64,000 nt of DNA, from assembly GCA_943704425.1 (NCBI GenBank), contig CALSCP010002822.1:1-64000 (forward strand). Direction: 5' to 3'. Positions 16,693-34,408 of this stretch are shown here, in pieces; position 1 is the stretch's first letter, and each line of letters opens with the position of its first letter. The DNA is from Ministeria vibrans ATCC 50519 (taxonomy: Eukaryota > Protista > Filasterea). A model generated the notes under the pieces. The model did no database searches. It was given only the letters and a program-made list of their open reading frames with translations, and was not told the DNA's origin. The translations under genes and the position numbers were made by a program.

Positions 16693-16908
16693 TTTTGCGG
16701 CTGTTGTGATAGAAACGGGCCACGGCAGCGCAGCGAGACGGCGGAACGCAGCCCGGGTGCACAGGGCAGACTGGGGCGCGGGGCAAGCGGGGGGTTTGCG
16801 GACCTCTGTGAGTGCGGCCAAATCGGCCTTTTCGCTCTCCAGGAAGGCCGCCATGTCCGTGTTGGTGCCCGACGCATCCTCGCCCCCGACAATTTCAAAG
16901 TCAGCCAT
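15630..16908 (-). CDS. CLC1: clathrin light chain, 3 exons
   Basis: acidic N-terminus AAFLESEKADL, WREE coiled coil, C-terminal FERISKLVDFNPK...DTSRMRNVLLNVKQ. Confidence 0.93.
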
Positions 16909-17049
16909 GTTTATGTATGCAAGAAAAGTGTCGAAACTCTTAACTTTAACTAATAACTCGTCAAAGTCACAAGTCAAAAGTGATTAAGTTTCAAGTTTGT
17001 GATCACAACTCGCAGTCTCACTCTTTTTAATAGAAGTATAAAATAAGAT

Positions 17050-17108
17050 ATGTCGGTGAGTCGCACACACGCAAATGGGAAGGGACGCGTCGGATCAGCG
17101 TTTTGCGC

Positions 17109-17157
<49 letters not shown>

Positions 17158-18280
17158 ATATATTTTCTGTGAGTGAGCCATAGCGCATGCTACGACTTCC
17201 TTTGCGCGGCGACTGTGCTGAGACGTGCCCCACGGAGCAAGCAGCGGGCGTCGCAGCGGCTCGTGTGCCCTGGGAGTGGCTGTGGAGGGCACACAGTGTT
17301 TCCATTGACATCCGATGTCACCCGTCCGATTGCCCGTCGTGCCGCGTCCATCCTCCCTGAGCGGATCATCCCTCTAGTGTCCCCTCCATCCGCTCAATCG
17401 GCAATTGCTGTCGTGGAATTGCGAAATGGTTTGCGTCTTTTTTTTTTCGTCAATTTTTTTTTGCAAATATCACTTTGTCTGTGGCAAGAGACGTTAAATT
17501 GCACGCAGATTGCTCGTATGGGGCACCGACAGTGCTGATCTTGCGGTGGACACTGTCTAGAGTCGTGTGTATTGCGTAGATTTTTTTTTGTTGGTCATTT
17601 GTCATTTTTTGAGCTTTTTGTCTCCAGTCGATGAAATGGCGTCGCTGTAACGCGCCTGTTGTCGTGAGAGAGTCTTGTGTGGGGGTTCAAATGGCGAGTT
17701 GCGAGAGATTGGATATTTGGTTCACAAGTCAAAACTCAAGTCATAATTTACTCTCTTTGTCTGTCTTACTTATGTATTGTGTCTGTGTGTGTGTAGTCGG
17801 GAATCAACGAGCTTCTGCGTGCGGAAAAGGCAGCCGGTAAGAGACGCGACAAGGCCAATGGATGACTCGTGTGGGTTCTGATAATGTTTCTGTTGTTGTT
17901 GTTGTTGTTGTTGTTGTTGTGTAGCCGAGCAAGTAGCAAAGGCACGAAAGCGCAAGGCAGCAATGCTCAAGAAGGCCAAGGAGGAGAGCGAAGAGGAAAT
18001 TCTCCAGTTCAAGACACAGAAGGAGAACGAATTTCAGGCAAAACTCAAGGAGGTATGAATGCGCACAGCGAAGAAAAGGAAAAGAAGAAATTAATGCGTG
18101 TCGTAGCAAATTGGCGCCAACGACACGATTGCGGCGAAACTGCGCAAAGAGACGGACCAGTCGATTGACGCGATGATTGCCTCGACGGCATCGCACAAAC
18201 AGGAGGTCATTGACAAGCTGCTAGATGTGGTGTGTGACATTAAGGTCACCTTACACACCAATTACAAGGAGGAAGAGTAG
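17050..18280 (+). CDS. ATP6V1G: V-type H+-ATPase subunit G, 4 exons (missed by the ORF track)
   Basis: spliced MS|SGINELLRAEKAA|AEQVAKARKRKAAMLKKAKEESEEEI...|...KQEVIDKLLDVVCDIKVTLHTNY; 6-nt first exon ATGTCG|gtgagt inferred from phase. Confidence 0.9.
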
Positions 18281-18632
18281 GAAAGAATAAAGTGAAAATG
18301 TAGCAGTTGAGTGTTTTAGTCTTGATGGAGAACTTCCTTGATATGAGTATCAATACGGGGGGGGGGGGGGCACGAGAAAAGCGGAACACGCGTGAAGCAT
18401 GCTTTCCCGAGGCGGCTTCACAAACATGGTCGAACTTTGTGAGAGCACATGTTTGGGTCTATGGGCGCTCCATCTTTCAACTTTCTGAATTCTGGGGGGT
18501 TAATCTATGGCAACAGCATTGCATTACTCTATTTGTAATACATTAATAAAATAATTATTCTTTTCGCTTTGTACTACGATGAGTTCTTATTCGATTGAAA
18601 AATATAATCATGCATCAATTTTTCTTTCTCTT

Positions 18633-24039
<5,407 letters not shown>

Positions 24040-24093
24040 TAATAATAATACTCATTGATCTTTTTATTAATACGTCGTTGTTGAAATGTTATG

Positions 24094-25360
24094 CTACAAG
24101 TGTGCGAGTATGAACATGTGAAGTGGAAGATTGGAGCGACGTTCGACGGTGGAAGGAGTGCAGGTGAGCCAAGAGAGACGCGAGAGCTCACGTGTGCAGG
24201 CAACAAGTTCATCCGAGGGACTGAGAGAGACAGAAGAGAGTACACATGTGAGGAGGGGAGACGGCAAGAGGCACACCAAGCGCTTACCTCAAATCCGGTT
24301 TGATTTCGTAGTTGTTGAGCCACAGATGAAGTTCGTAGACTCTCGGATGGAACGCAATTAGATTGGATGACAGTTCGGTGGTGGAGAGGATGGCAGTGGC
24401 TAAAGGGTTGGGTGAGAGAGACTGTTGGGACGAGAGAGGGTGCGTGAGAGGACAGACTGAGTCGCGTGAGATGAGAGGCGTTGCAGTGTCAGCTGTTGTT
24501 CCTGTTGTTATTGGTGTTGTTGTTGTTGTTGTTGTTGTTGTTGCTGGTGTTGTTGTTGTTGTTGAGGATGTTGTGGTGGTAGTGTTGGTGTTGGTGGTGG
24601 CGGTGGTGAGTTGAATGCGGTGTGATGACTGCATGGAGATGAGGTGGGTGCTTGTGAGGCATGCGGGTGTGCTCTTGTACGTGCATGACTAAAGAAATAA
24701 AATTGTGTGAGGAATGTATTATATATAATTATGTGGTGTGGTGTGATTATTTGGTATACTTTGCAGTTGATTTTTTGCGCGAGAAACCTTTGCACTGGTT
24801 CCTTCAAAACTTCCTTCCAATCTACAAAACACAAACGTACTAAAAGTTACAACACAAAACAAGACAAACACGCAATGTGCTTACATTTCAGTTCTGGTTC
24901 ACTGATTGTTCCGACTCGCTCAATGAACACTCTCCATTGCAAAGTGGTCTCTCGCATCAATCGCAAACAGAACCTCCAAATGCGCTTAATCCTAAAGAAA
25001 AAAGGAAGAAAAAAGAAGGAAAGAACGAAAGAGAGAGAAAAACAAAGTGATAAAGAAAGAAACGGAGAGAAAACAAAGAATGAGCACACAATGGAAGTGG
25101 GTTATCAAGGGTATAAAACGATACGCGTCAGAGAGAGAGGACACGACAAGCGAATGCGGGGACGAGCGGTGGGGGCGTGACGGATCAGCCCAGGCGAGTC
25201 TGAGAGGCTCCATGAGGGCACCGTGAGCATCGGTGACGACGGCACTCACGTGTGTCGGGTGAATAGCGTAGCAGCAGTGCAGGCGGGAAGTCTAATATGT
25301 GTGCGTGTGTGTGTGTGTGTGAGTGAGTCAATAAGTAGTCAGTCAACAGAACTCTCATCC

Positions 25361-25395
<35 letters not shown>

Positions 25396-28300
25396 TGTAC
25401 TCCGTTGAATGACTGTAGGTGATTGCCGGTGCTTCGATCGTCTTGAGCTGCGCCAATAGAAGCCAAAACAGTCACTGGTGAGAATATTTGAACTTCATTC
25501 TTTCGCCACTCAGCCTAAGTGTACAAGAAGTAAATTATTATGATTAGAAGAAAAACGACATGTGTGAGGTCGTACATCGTCGCCAGACCACCACAAAGGC
25601 GACGAGAGATGGGTTCTGTTTGAGGCGTAAGTGCCAAGTGCAATCTTTCGGGCCATTTGAAGTGCACCCGCCTGAAGAACCTCACGCATAGTCAGTATGC
25701 GGAAGCAGAGGGACGACGGAGATGCCTTGAGGTTGTCGGTGAGACGCGCAAGGAGACGACGACGGAGCAGCGCATCACGCGCACAAGACTGCTGTTGTAG
25801 TTGATGAGGTAGTTGGGAGTTGGAGTGAGAGGTGGACGAGAAGGTTTCGCTCTGGAGCGGTGAGACAATGTAGATGCAGGTGAAGGAACGGTCGCTATCT
25901 TCCTTGTTGAGGAAATCCAAAATCTTTTGCGCAAGCATGTCGATCATGGCTTCTGCTGAGTCTGTCTCGGACAAATTAACGCGGTAGTTTCTGATGGTAC
26001 GGTGTTCACCCAACCGCATTTCGGCAAATTCGCACTCGATTTCGGTGAGGAGACGCGCAACGGCTGAGTGCACAATGCGCGACTGCTCATAAGCAACAAA
26101 GCAAAAGGCAGAAATGCGTTTCGTGCCACCGTATGGCCCAAGCTTGAGCTGCGACCAGTGGCGCAGGGCGAGAGGGGATACGGCGACCGACTTGCCCAGC
26201 GACTCCTCGTACTGCATGTAGTTGGTGACGGAGAGCAAGCCCATGCCCTGGTCCTGTGCCTTGGGCGGCACAGCCACAAGCGGCGGAAGACTGTGTGCCG
26301 TAACAACCACTGGTGGCACTTCTACACGCTCGCCGGGCCACTTGTGAGCGACACTTGTTGAATCTACGTCGCGTGTAGAAATGACATTAACAATCACGTC
26401 CATTTCGGCAGCGTTTGCGACGACATGGCTAGAAGGGCGTGTTCTGCGTCGGGAAGGTGCGCCATTCGCGTGGTGGTCATCCGCAGTCGTGTCCATTTCA
26501 CTGTTGCTCTGTGCGAGCAACAGTTGTGCGGCTACGTGTGCTCTGGCACAACCATCGCGCATGGTAGACTCGAGCAGGTGCTGCACGGCAAAGACGCCGG
26601 AGTCGTCGCCGTCAGAGGCGTCACCCAGAGCCCGCACAAACGCCTGGTTGCATAAGTGGAACTCAGTACGACACGTACCGCACTGACGATCGAGTTCAGC
26701 GCATTCGCAGGCGCAATACGCAGTTGGATCGGCCTGGACAGGCTCCACGTCGACGACCAAGTCCAAGTCGTCCGAGTGACGCATGGCCCATACAGCGTCG
26801 TCGCCGGACGAGAGCACAAGCGCAAGTGCAAGTGGATCGGCAAGGAGCGCCAAGCTGTTGTTGCGGTCATTGTCCTCTGACTCATGCTGAGGCGACTCCA
26901 TTGACACCCTTGGTGAATGCTCCTGCTCGTCCGGCGGTGTCTCCATGAGCACATCGCCATCATCATCATGAGAATCGTTCGAAGGCGAGCATGGACCATT
27001 CAGCTCGTCGACATCATCGTTGGATATGGTTAAAGGGAGCACACTCGGTGGAGGTGTGAGCAGTCGCATCTGGTCTTGATCACGCTTCTCCTCTGCTGCA
27101 CGTTCAATGATCATGCGTTGCTCCGCCTCACGTTCGTCCTCTTCGGTGAGACCGACCGGACGATAACCACGCGGAGTGAACGTGAGCAGAGGCTCACTGG
27201 TCGCATCGGGGGTATAGGTTGTGCGTACAGGAGGAATGGAAACGGGGGTGGGAGTGGGAAGGGTATCAACAGCAGTCGTTGTCATGGTATTGGTAGGAGG
27301 GGAAATGGAAAGGTCGGGTGAGAGGCCAAGGTCGTCGAAGTAGGCATTGGTGGCGTCGGGGGTGGAGGGAAAAACCGCCGGGATGTCCAAGGTAGACATG
27401 AAGTCGTCGTTGGCATCGGCGTCTAATGGGGGACTGGTGGGGATGGGGGTATGTTGGGCGTCTGTGTGGTCCTGATCGGCCGTGAGCGGGAGAAGATACG
27501 AGAGGGTGGCTGGAGATTGAGCAGCATTTGTAGTAGCAGCGGCGATTGTGGCGGGTATCTCAGCTAATGTTGCTGTTGTCGTGGCGGTAGTAGTGGCGGT
27601 GATGTTGGGGTGAGTTGCGAGGCGGATCGGTCGGACAGCGTCGATTTGAGGGAGGTGAGCGGCCTGAGAGCGAACGCACGACCAAAAGACTTGGCGGTAG
27701 CGACGAATGAGTGAGAGTGAGAGGGGAACAGGCGAGGAGGTTGAGTTTGACGTGGACAAAGAAAAAGAAGCTGAGGGGTCGTTCTCTGGAGGGCCAAGCA
27801 GGGAGGAGTCGGAGGAAGAAGATTCGGTGAAGATGAGTGCGGCAGGATAGCGCATGGTGATTCCCTCGACCTGCACGTTGACCATGGGGCTGTCGCTCTG
27901 CACGATGTCTTGGAGGCCCGGGTAAAATCGACACCAGTCTTGGATGATGGCATTGTCAAGGGCGCGGTTGGGGTCGTTGGGGTCGTTGGTGGTGGTCGTG
28001 GTGTCGACAAGTTCGCTGGAGTTGGTGTCTTCGGGTGCGCTTGGGGGTACGAGAGACGCCGGCAAACCGTGCGGGGAGAGGCGCAGAGGCGGGGAAGTGG
28101 ATGAAAGGCGCGACGAGTCGCTGCAGGCGAACGCCTTGAGCGTAGGGTCGGGAGCAATGTGGAAGAAGGCAACGAGGGCGGGACCGACTTGGGCAATGGA
28201 GGCGTCGCAGCGCAGGCCATCACGACGATGGTAGGCATGCCCGAGGCGCAAGTAGCCGCACGACAGGAGGGCTACTTCGACGGCGTTGTGCGCGGCTCGC

Positions 28301-28599
28301 CACAGCAGCGTGCGGCGCGTTTGCGAGGTGGCGATGCGACGCTGTTTCGCGACGCGCGTTCCTTCAAACGCCGGCAGTGCCTCGTTCTGCTGGGTAAAAG
28401 CCGCCAGCGCATGCGAGACCGGGCCGTCCGGGGCCCACTGGGCGTCGGCGAGGTGGACGACAAGGACGCCGCGGGCGCGCAACGAGGCATAGGCGCGCAG
28501 AAGCGGCGAAGAGGAATACGACGCGCTTTCGTCGTCATCAGGCACGATGAGCGACCAGATGGCGTGGTCCACGTCACGGACGAGGACCGATGTATTCAT
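24094..28599 (-). CDS. MED13: Mediator CDK8-module subunit MED13
   Basis: LLWRAAHNAVE...YLRLG, VQVEGITMRYP, SPLALRHWSQLKLGPYG...RLGEH, VTDAHGALME, WRVFIERVG, C-terminal LSWLT...RRSNLPLH. Confidence 0.85.
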
Positions 28600-28731
28600 G
28601 CAATACAGAAAAGAAAAGAAAAAGTAATGTGAATTATTGTGACAACAGATAATGTTATCTCAAAAGTCGAAACTGATTGTAAAAATGATTTCACACGCAC
28701 AAATGACAAATGACACAATTTTTTGATCACA

Positions 28732-30669
28732 ATGGATGACGATTTGGATATACCGTCATGCCCTGTTTGCAATGTATGTAGATGGTGGTTGAGGCGAGAG
28801 AGACGGCCTCATATCAAGTGTTTCTCTTGCGTCTCTTTCACACAGGGAAACCGAACGAACATGCCAGCGGGATTTGCACTGCTTGTGTCTCCGTGCGGAC
28901 ACTCCTTGTGAGTGAACGATGCCTGCGGGCGGGGTGGGTGTGGGGACATGGCGAGGGCGTAACGGGTTGTTGTCTGTGCAGGTGCGGCGGATGCGTTGCG
29001 AATCGGTTTGGGCGCTCGATGGTCTCTGGCGTCTGTCCGACGTGCCAGCGCCGGAATCTGCGCGCAAACGACTTTGTCACGTCCGCCTTTGAGGATACCT
29101 TGGTGCACGCAGAGATGCGCGTGCGCGAGAGGATTGTGAACATGTAATAGATTGTTATGTGAGTGAGTGTGTGTTTGACTGTCTCTTGTGTTGCAGTTAT
29201 AACAAACCTGAGAGTTCGTTTTCGTCGTTGCGCGAATACAATGACTATCTTGAGACCATTGAAGATATTGGTAAGGGCGAGAAGCGAGCTAAACAAATAT
29301 CAAGAGAACCATCAGCGGAATTTTGATAATTGTTTTGGGTAGTGTTCAATTTGACGAATGGGATTGATGTGGCTGAGACGGAAGGACGTGTGCGAGAGTA
29401 TGAGAAGCAGAACAGAGCAGATATTGCAAACAACAAGGGGCATACTGTAAGAGAGAGAGTTTGAGAAATATAGAGAGAGTTGTTTGAGTTTGAGAGAGAG
29501 AGAGTTTGAGAGAGAGTTTGAGAGAGAGAGTTTGAGAGAGAGAGAGTTTGAGAGAGAGAGTTTGAGAGAGAGAGAGTTTGAGAGAGAGAGAGTTTGAGAG
29601 AGTTTGAGAGAGAGAAAGAGGAAAGAGAAAAACCAAGTGATAGAGAGGAGAAAGAAACCAAGTGATAGAAAGGAGAAAGAAACAAAGTGATGGAGAGAAT
29701 GGAGGCAAAGTGAGAAGTGACGTATAACTTGTGTTGAATTTCAGGTGGAAGAAATGGACAAGTTATTGCATGAGATTGAGCTTGAGCAAAGAGAGGTAAA
29801 ACAGATTAATTTTTTGATATAGAATTGAACTGTACCCCACCCCAAATGACAAATGTATCACTGAACCCTAAATGACCAGTGTAGCCCTAACCGTCACCCT
29901 AATGCCAATTATTATTATAATCTCAACTCTAATCCTCATGACAACCCTTAGCACGCAGAACAACGACGTCTGGCAGTCGAAGCAGAGAAACGACGGGCCG
30001 ACGAAGAAGTCTTGCGCCACGAAGAACTTTTACGCGAACTGGCGGATAACATGGACGAAGACGCGACTGTGGTCACGAAGCGATTCCGCGAACGAGAACT
30101 GCTCCTCAAAGCAAAGAAAAACCTTCAACTTGTCAGTTTTTTAATTATTATGTTTAATGCGTGCGATATGTTTTTCAACTCTCTTTTGCGTCTCGATTAG
30201 GAATCCGAAATGAGAGAGAGCGAAGCACAAAAATTGGCAGAAAGTGCAGAAACGGACGTTCAACATTTAGGAGTGAGCGGGAGAGGAGCGAGAAAACGAA
30301 AGCGAGGACAGAACGAAGAAAGCGAAAGAGACGAAGAAGATCGATATGTCTATGAGAGTCCTTTTCAAACAGACTCTTATGGGCCAATTGTACCCGATTT
30401 GGACACAATTGAGCGATTGGGGTAACTGTTCATCTCAAAATCTCAATGAGCCTCAATCACACCAGTCTCTTATAATCTCAATTTTCTTTTCAATCATACT
30501 GACACACACACACACTCACACACTAACTCACTTTCACTCCCTCAGCTATGCACACCACATCGCAATGCACTCTGAGTCAGTGCGCGGAGGCTTACGTGCG
30601 TCTGTCGTCGCTCTGCGCTATCTATCTTCTTCTCGGTCGGCTCTTTTTGACTTTGCGATTCACTCCTGA
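28732..30669 (+). CDS. MNAT1: CDK-activating kinase assembly factor MAT1 (TFB3), RING finger, multi-exon
   Basis: CPVC...LLVSPCGHSLCGGCV...CPTC...FEDTLVHAEMRVRERI, YNK...LREYNDYLETIEDI|VFNLTNGID. Confidence 0.92.
29452..29612. repeat. (GAGAGAGAGTTT)n-type tandem repeat in a MAT1 intron
   Basis: repeated GTTTGAGAGAGA units. Confidence 0.85.
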
Positions 30670-30766
30670 CCGCCCAAAGTTCATAATAACAACAATATTA
30701 TTATAATTGTAAAAAATATTCCATCTTTAGATTTCTCTCTCCCTCTCTCTATCTCTGTCTGAGATT

Positions 30767-32561
30767 TTAAGTCTTTTTGGATTTCCAGTTTTCCTGACTC
30801 TGCTGCAAGTTTGAAAGACGGTCCTTGAGGCGACCGCCCTCCACCCGCACGCTCGTGTCGCGCGACTTCCACTTGAAGGCGTCTTGGATTTCAGAGAGGG
30901 CCTCTGCTGGAGAGCGCCCAGTGACTACCTCTTTAGTACCAGGACCCTATTTGGGGCGGAGGGAGGAGAACGCGTTTAAGGCCATAGGGTTAGGGTTCGG
31001 GTTAGAATTACTTTGTATGCTGAGTTGACGGAGATAGCGGCGAGTCGGTCGGCAATGCCCTGTTCAACGGAGACAGCGAGGTCCGATGTAGAGCCCTTGG
31101 CCGACTCACACAGTTGCTTAAGACGTGTGTTGACTTTCTCGTTGCCTGTGTCGCCATCGACGACGAAACTAGGGCCCTTGTAGTCTCCGCGCGCCTTCAT
31201 GATGCCAATCTTGCCGTGGATGTCGTTGAGGTTTGTCAGCAGAATATCTTCTTTGGCGCGGCTCCAGTGCTGAGGCTAAGGATGTGTGCGTGTGCGCGCG
31301 TGAGTGGTGATCAGTATCAAAATGCTAGGGTTACTTTGTCGTCTTCCGTTGCTGGTTTTGTTGCTGCTGATGATGATGCGGAAGGGGCTGCTGGAGGAGC
31401 ATTGGACGGAGGAGGAGGGCGCGTGACAGGCGCGGGGGGAGGCACCGGGTCGCTCTTGGCAGCACCGGGAGGAAGCGATGCAGGAGGTGGAGGAGCAGGC
31501 ACTGCAGAGAGAGTGAGATAGAGAGAGGGGAAAACGAAACAAGTGTGTGAGTGAGTCAGAAAAGTGTGGTATATTGTGGCTACTTTGTGACAGTTTGGTC
31601 AGGGTGGCGCCTTGAGAGTAGTCTGAACTTCCGTCTTTGTGAGCGATCTGCATGTGAACGCCGATTCAGCTCGTGTGATCTCTTTCATCCATTGTACCTT
31701 TGGGGCGACGTATTCGACCCCTTGAGGCGCTGCCAGAACAGTGTTGTAGTAGATTTTATCCTGCATAATATCAGCGGGCACGGCATAGAAGTCGTAGTCG
31801 CCAGGGACAGCGTAGAGTTCCTGTGCGAAAGACAAGAAGTACACTTGGGATGAGGCTTGTAATGCACTATATGGGTGAGTGCACTTGAAAAGAGGCATGT
31901 AATACAATAGCACACGGCACGCAATACAGTAGTGGAGGCATGCAATGCAGCAGTGCACTTGGGGGGCAAGTCATGTAATGGAGTCTGACATACGTCATGT
32001 AACGTGTGCAGTTCACTTTTGATAACACATGTAATGCAGTGTGTATAAAGTTCACATGAGATAAGGTTTGTGCGGTCGCTGCGAGGGCACTGCATCCAAC
32101 AGGGACACACACGAATGTACACACACATATATACATGCACCATTCCATGAACTCTACTCACATGTATACGATTTCGAATTGCAGTGCCAAATTTCTCGAG
32201 AGCATAAAATTATATAAAATTTGCATTTGAGAGTTATTCTCAGCGTAAACATCAAGAAGCAGCGGGGAGGGGGGGGAAAGCAATTGGTGGGTGCAGTGCA
32301 GGGTCCAAGGGTGCATGGGGTGAGGGAGGGGAGCGCTTCTCAGAGTGGAACAGTCCAAAAGAGCGATTTTGCGATCGCACTGCTTACTTCGACTTCCCTC
32401 TGCTGCGTGAGGCTGTTCTGCAGAAGACGCAGGCGGTGGGTGACGTCGTTGGCTGCGGAGGGGTCATTCCACGCCTCCTGCTTGAGCAGGCCGGAGAGGA
32501 GAGCTTCGACTTCAACGAGCTTGTCTTCAATCAGCCCGATGCGTTCGTCCTTGGTTGTCAT
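30767..32561 (-). CDS. hypothetical protein(s); exon structure unresolved
   Basis: protein-like minus-strand segments: MTTKDERIGLIEDKL (32561), VYFLSFAQELYAVPGDYDFY, a Pro-rich exon at 31502, and PQHWSRAKEDILL...IADRLAAI with flanking GT/AG sites; may be more than one gene. Confidence 0.4.
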
Positions 32562-32778
32562 GGCGCACGCAACGACTCGATCAGGCTTGGCAAAAGAAAA
32601 TAAAATAAGATTGGCTGATTCACTTGATTGCGTGGTTATTTTATTGATCTTTGGCGATCTATATTAAAATAATCGAGATCGTGTCACAAATAATACTAAT
32701 TTTGGGCTGAGAAGTGAGAAGTGACTCGAGTCAGAGTTCTTTTTTCCAATTTCGACTCTGCAACACGACGACGACACA

Positions 32779-33195
32779 ATGGGTGCCATACAGCCAAAGC
32801 ACGCGCCCGAGAAAACCACGGAAAAGGTAATGTGGAGAGACTCACGCGATGCGCAATGCTCTCACATGCACGACTCGCTCTCACACGCTTCCTGGACTCC
32901 TTTTTGACATGCAGGCCAACGCTTGGGTTGACGACCACGATAGATATTGCTGTGTTGTACGTTCTAAACCCGAATCACTCTGTGTTTTCTGTCAAGGGAT
33001 AAAATGTGAAGACAAACTGACTGTCGAAATTCTTTTGCTCTCTCTCTCTCTCTCTCTCTCTCACTTTCTGGTGCGCAGGAGTGCTCGTACCACTTCTCAC
33101 TACTGAACAGAAGACACCACTGCAGAGCCTGCGGCGACCTCTACTGCGGCGACTGCTCAGCGTACGTTTGAGTGACTTTCACACGAAAGACAAGT

Positions 33196-33230
<35 letters not shown>

Positions 33231-34304
33231 TGGTTCGATTGCAGTTTTACTGTCTCTCTGAAAAGCCGCGGGTACCCAGCGCACGCACGGGTGCGGGTGT
33301 GCGTGGGGTGCTTTGTGTTCGAGTCTGGGACGTCGCAAGTGGCGGAAACAGTGCGTGCGTACAGCGGGAGAGAGACAGGACCGCTGTCAGACACCCTGTC
33401 AGACATGGCGCGCGGACCGCATCGTCTGCACTTCCGCGGCGGTGCGTACAAGCTCACGACGTCCTCGTCGCCCATCACTCTCTTTCGTGTTGCTGGTCTT
33501 TCTGCCGTCGACAAGGCTACTTTTTGGAGTGTCACTCCCGCAACGGTATACAATCGAAGTGGACGTGTGAGTCGAAGCAACGGATGTAACGTAACCTTTT
33601 TTTTTTTTTTTTTTTTTTTTTTTGATTTGTTACAGCAAGCACTACCTCAAGACACCACCACCACCGACATCACGCAGTCCAACGTCCTTGTTGTTCCCAA
33701 CGGCGTTATGATGTTCGAGGGGTACACTGTGCCCGATTATGTCGACACCAACGCAGACCGTCGAAGGTGAGTCGAGCGCATGGATTGAGTTTGTGTCTCT
33801 CATTGTCGATTGATTTCTACTAGACACTCTGGATGGCAAATATTTATTCCACCAGCAGTTTCAACGGAATTGCTGCACTGGCAGAACGCAGTGCGAGCCA
33901 AGAACGACGATAAGGCAGAGAAACACTTGCGACAGGCGTTCCTTGTGCAACGGCAGTTCTTTAACCGGGCTCGTGAGGGTGGCAGTGGCAGCGGTGGGGG
34001 TCCTGCCTCGCCGCGTCCGACATCGCCTAGTGGAGGCAGTCGGAGGGGCAGTCGCAGCACAAAGTCACGCAAAGGCAGTGGGTCGCAGCCAGAGAAGACG
34101 AAGACTGCTAGTGGCAGCAGTGAGAGCAACAGCAGTGCGCTCACAGGTGTGCTCAGTGGCACTCCGGCGGGCCCTTCGTCCTCCTCCCTGTCGTCGTCTC
34201 GCCCTGCCTCTCCGCGCCCTGCCTCCCCCGCACAGCCTGCCCCGCCTCGCCCGTCCTCTCCTGTAGTCGTTTCTCGCACCACCATGCCAGCACACTCCTT
34301 CTGA
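32779..34304 (+). CDS. FYVE zinc-finger protein, multi-exon, Ser/Pro-rich tail
   Basis: WVDD...C..C...FSLLNRRHHCRACGDLYCGDCS...RVCVGC. Confidence 0.8.
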
Positions 34305-34408
34305 ATACTGAAACAATACAAAACTCTCTACACTATAATGATATCAACTATTATTTTGTTGGCAACCAGACAATGTATTGTAGATTGTATTGAGGGTGGT
34401 CAGTCAGC

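Noticed and set aside
17056-17796. Structured ncRNA or snoRNA in the long first intron of V-ATPase G
   Set aside because: GC-rich but no clear C/D or H/ACA box arrangement could be supported by eye
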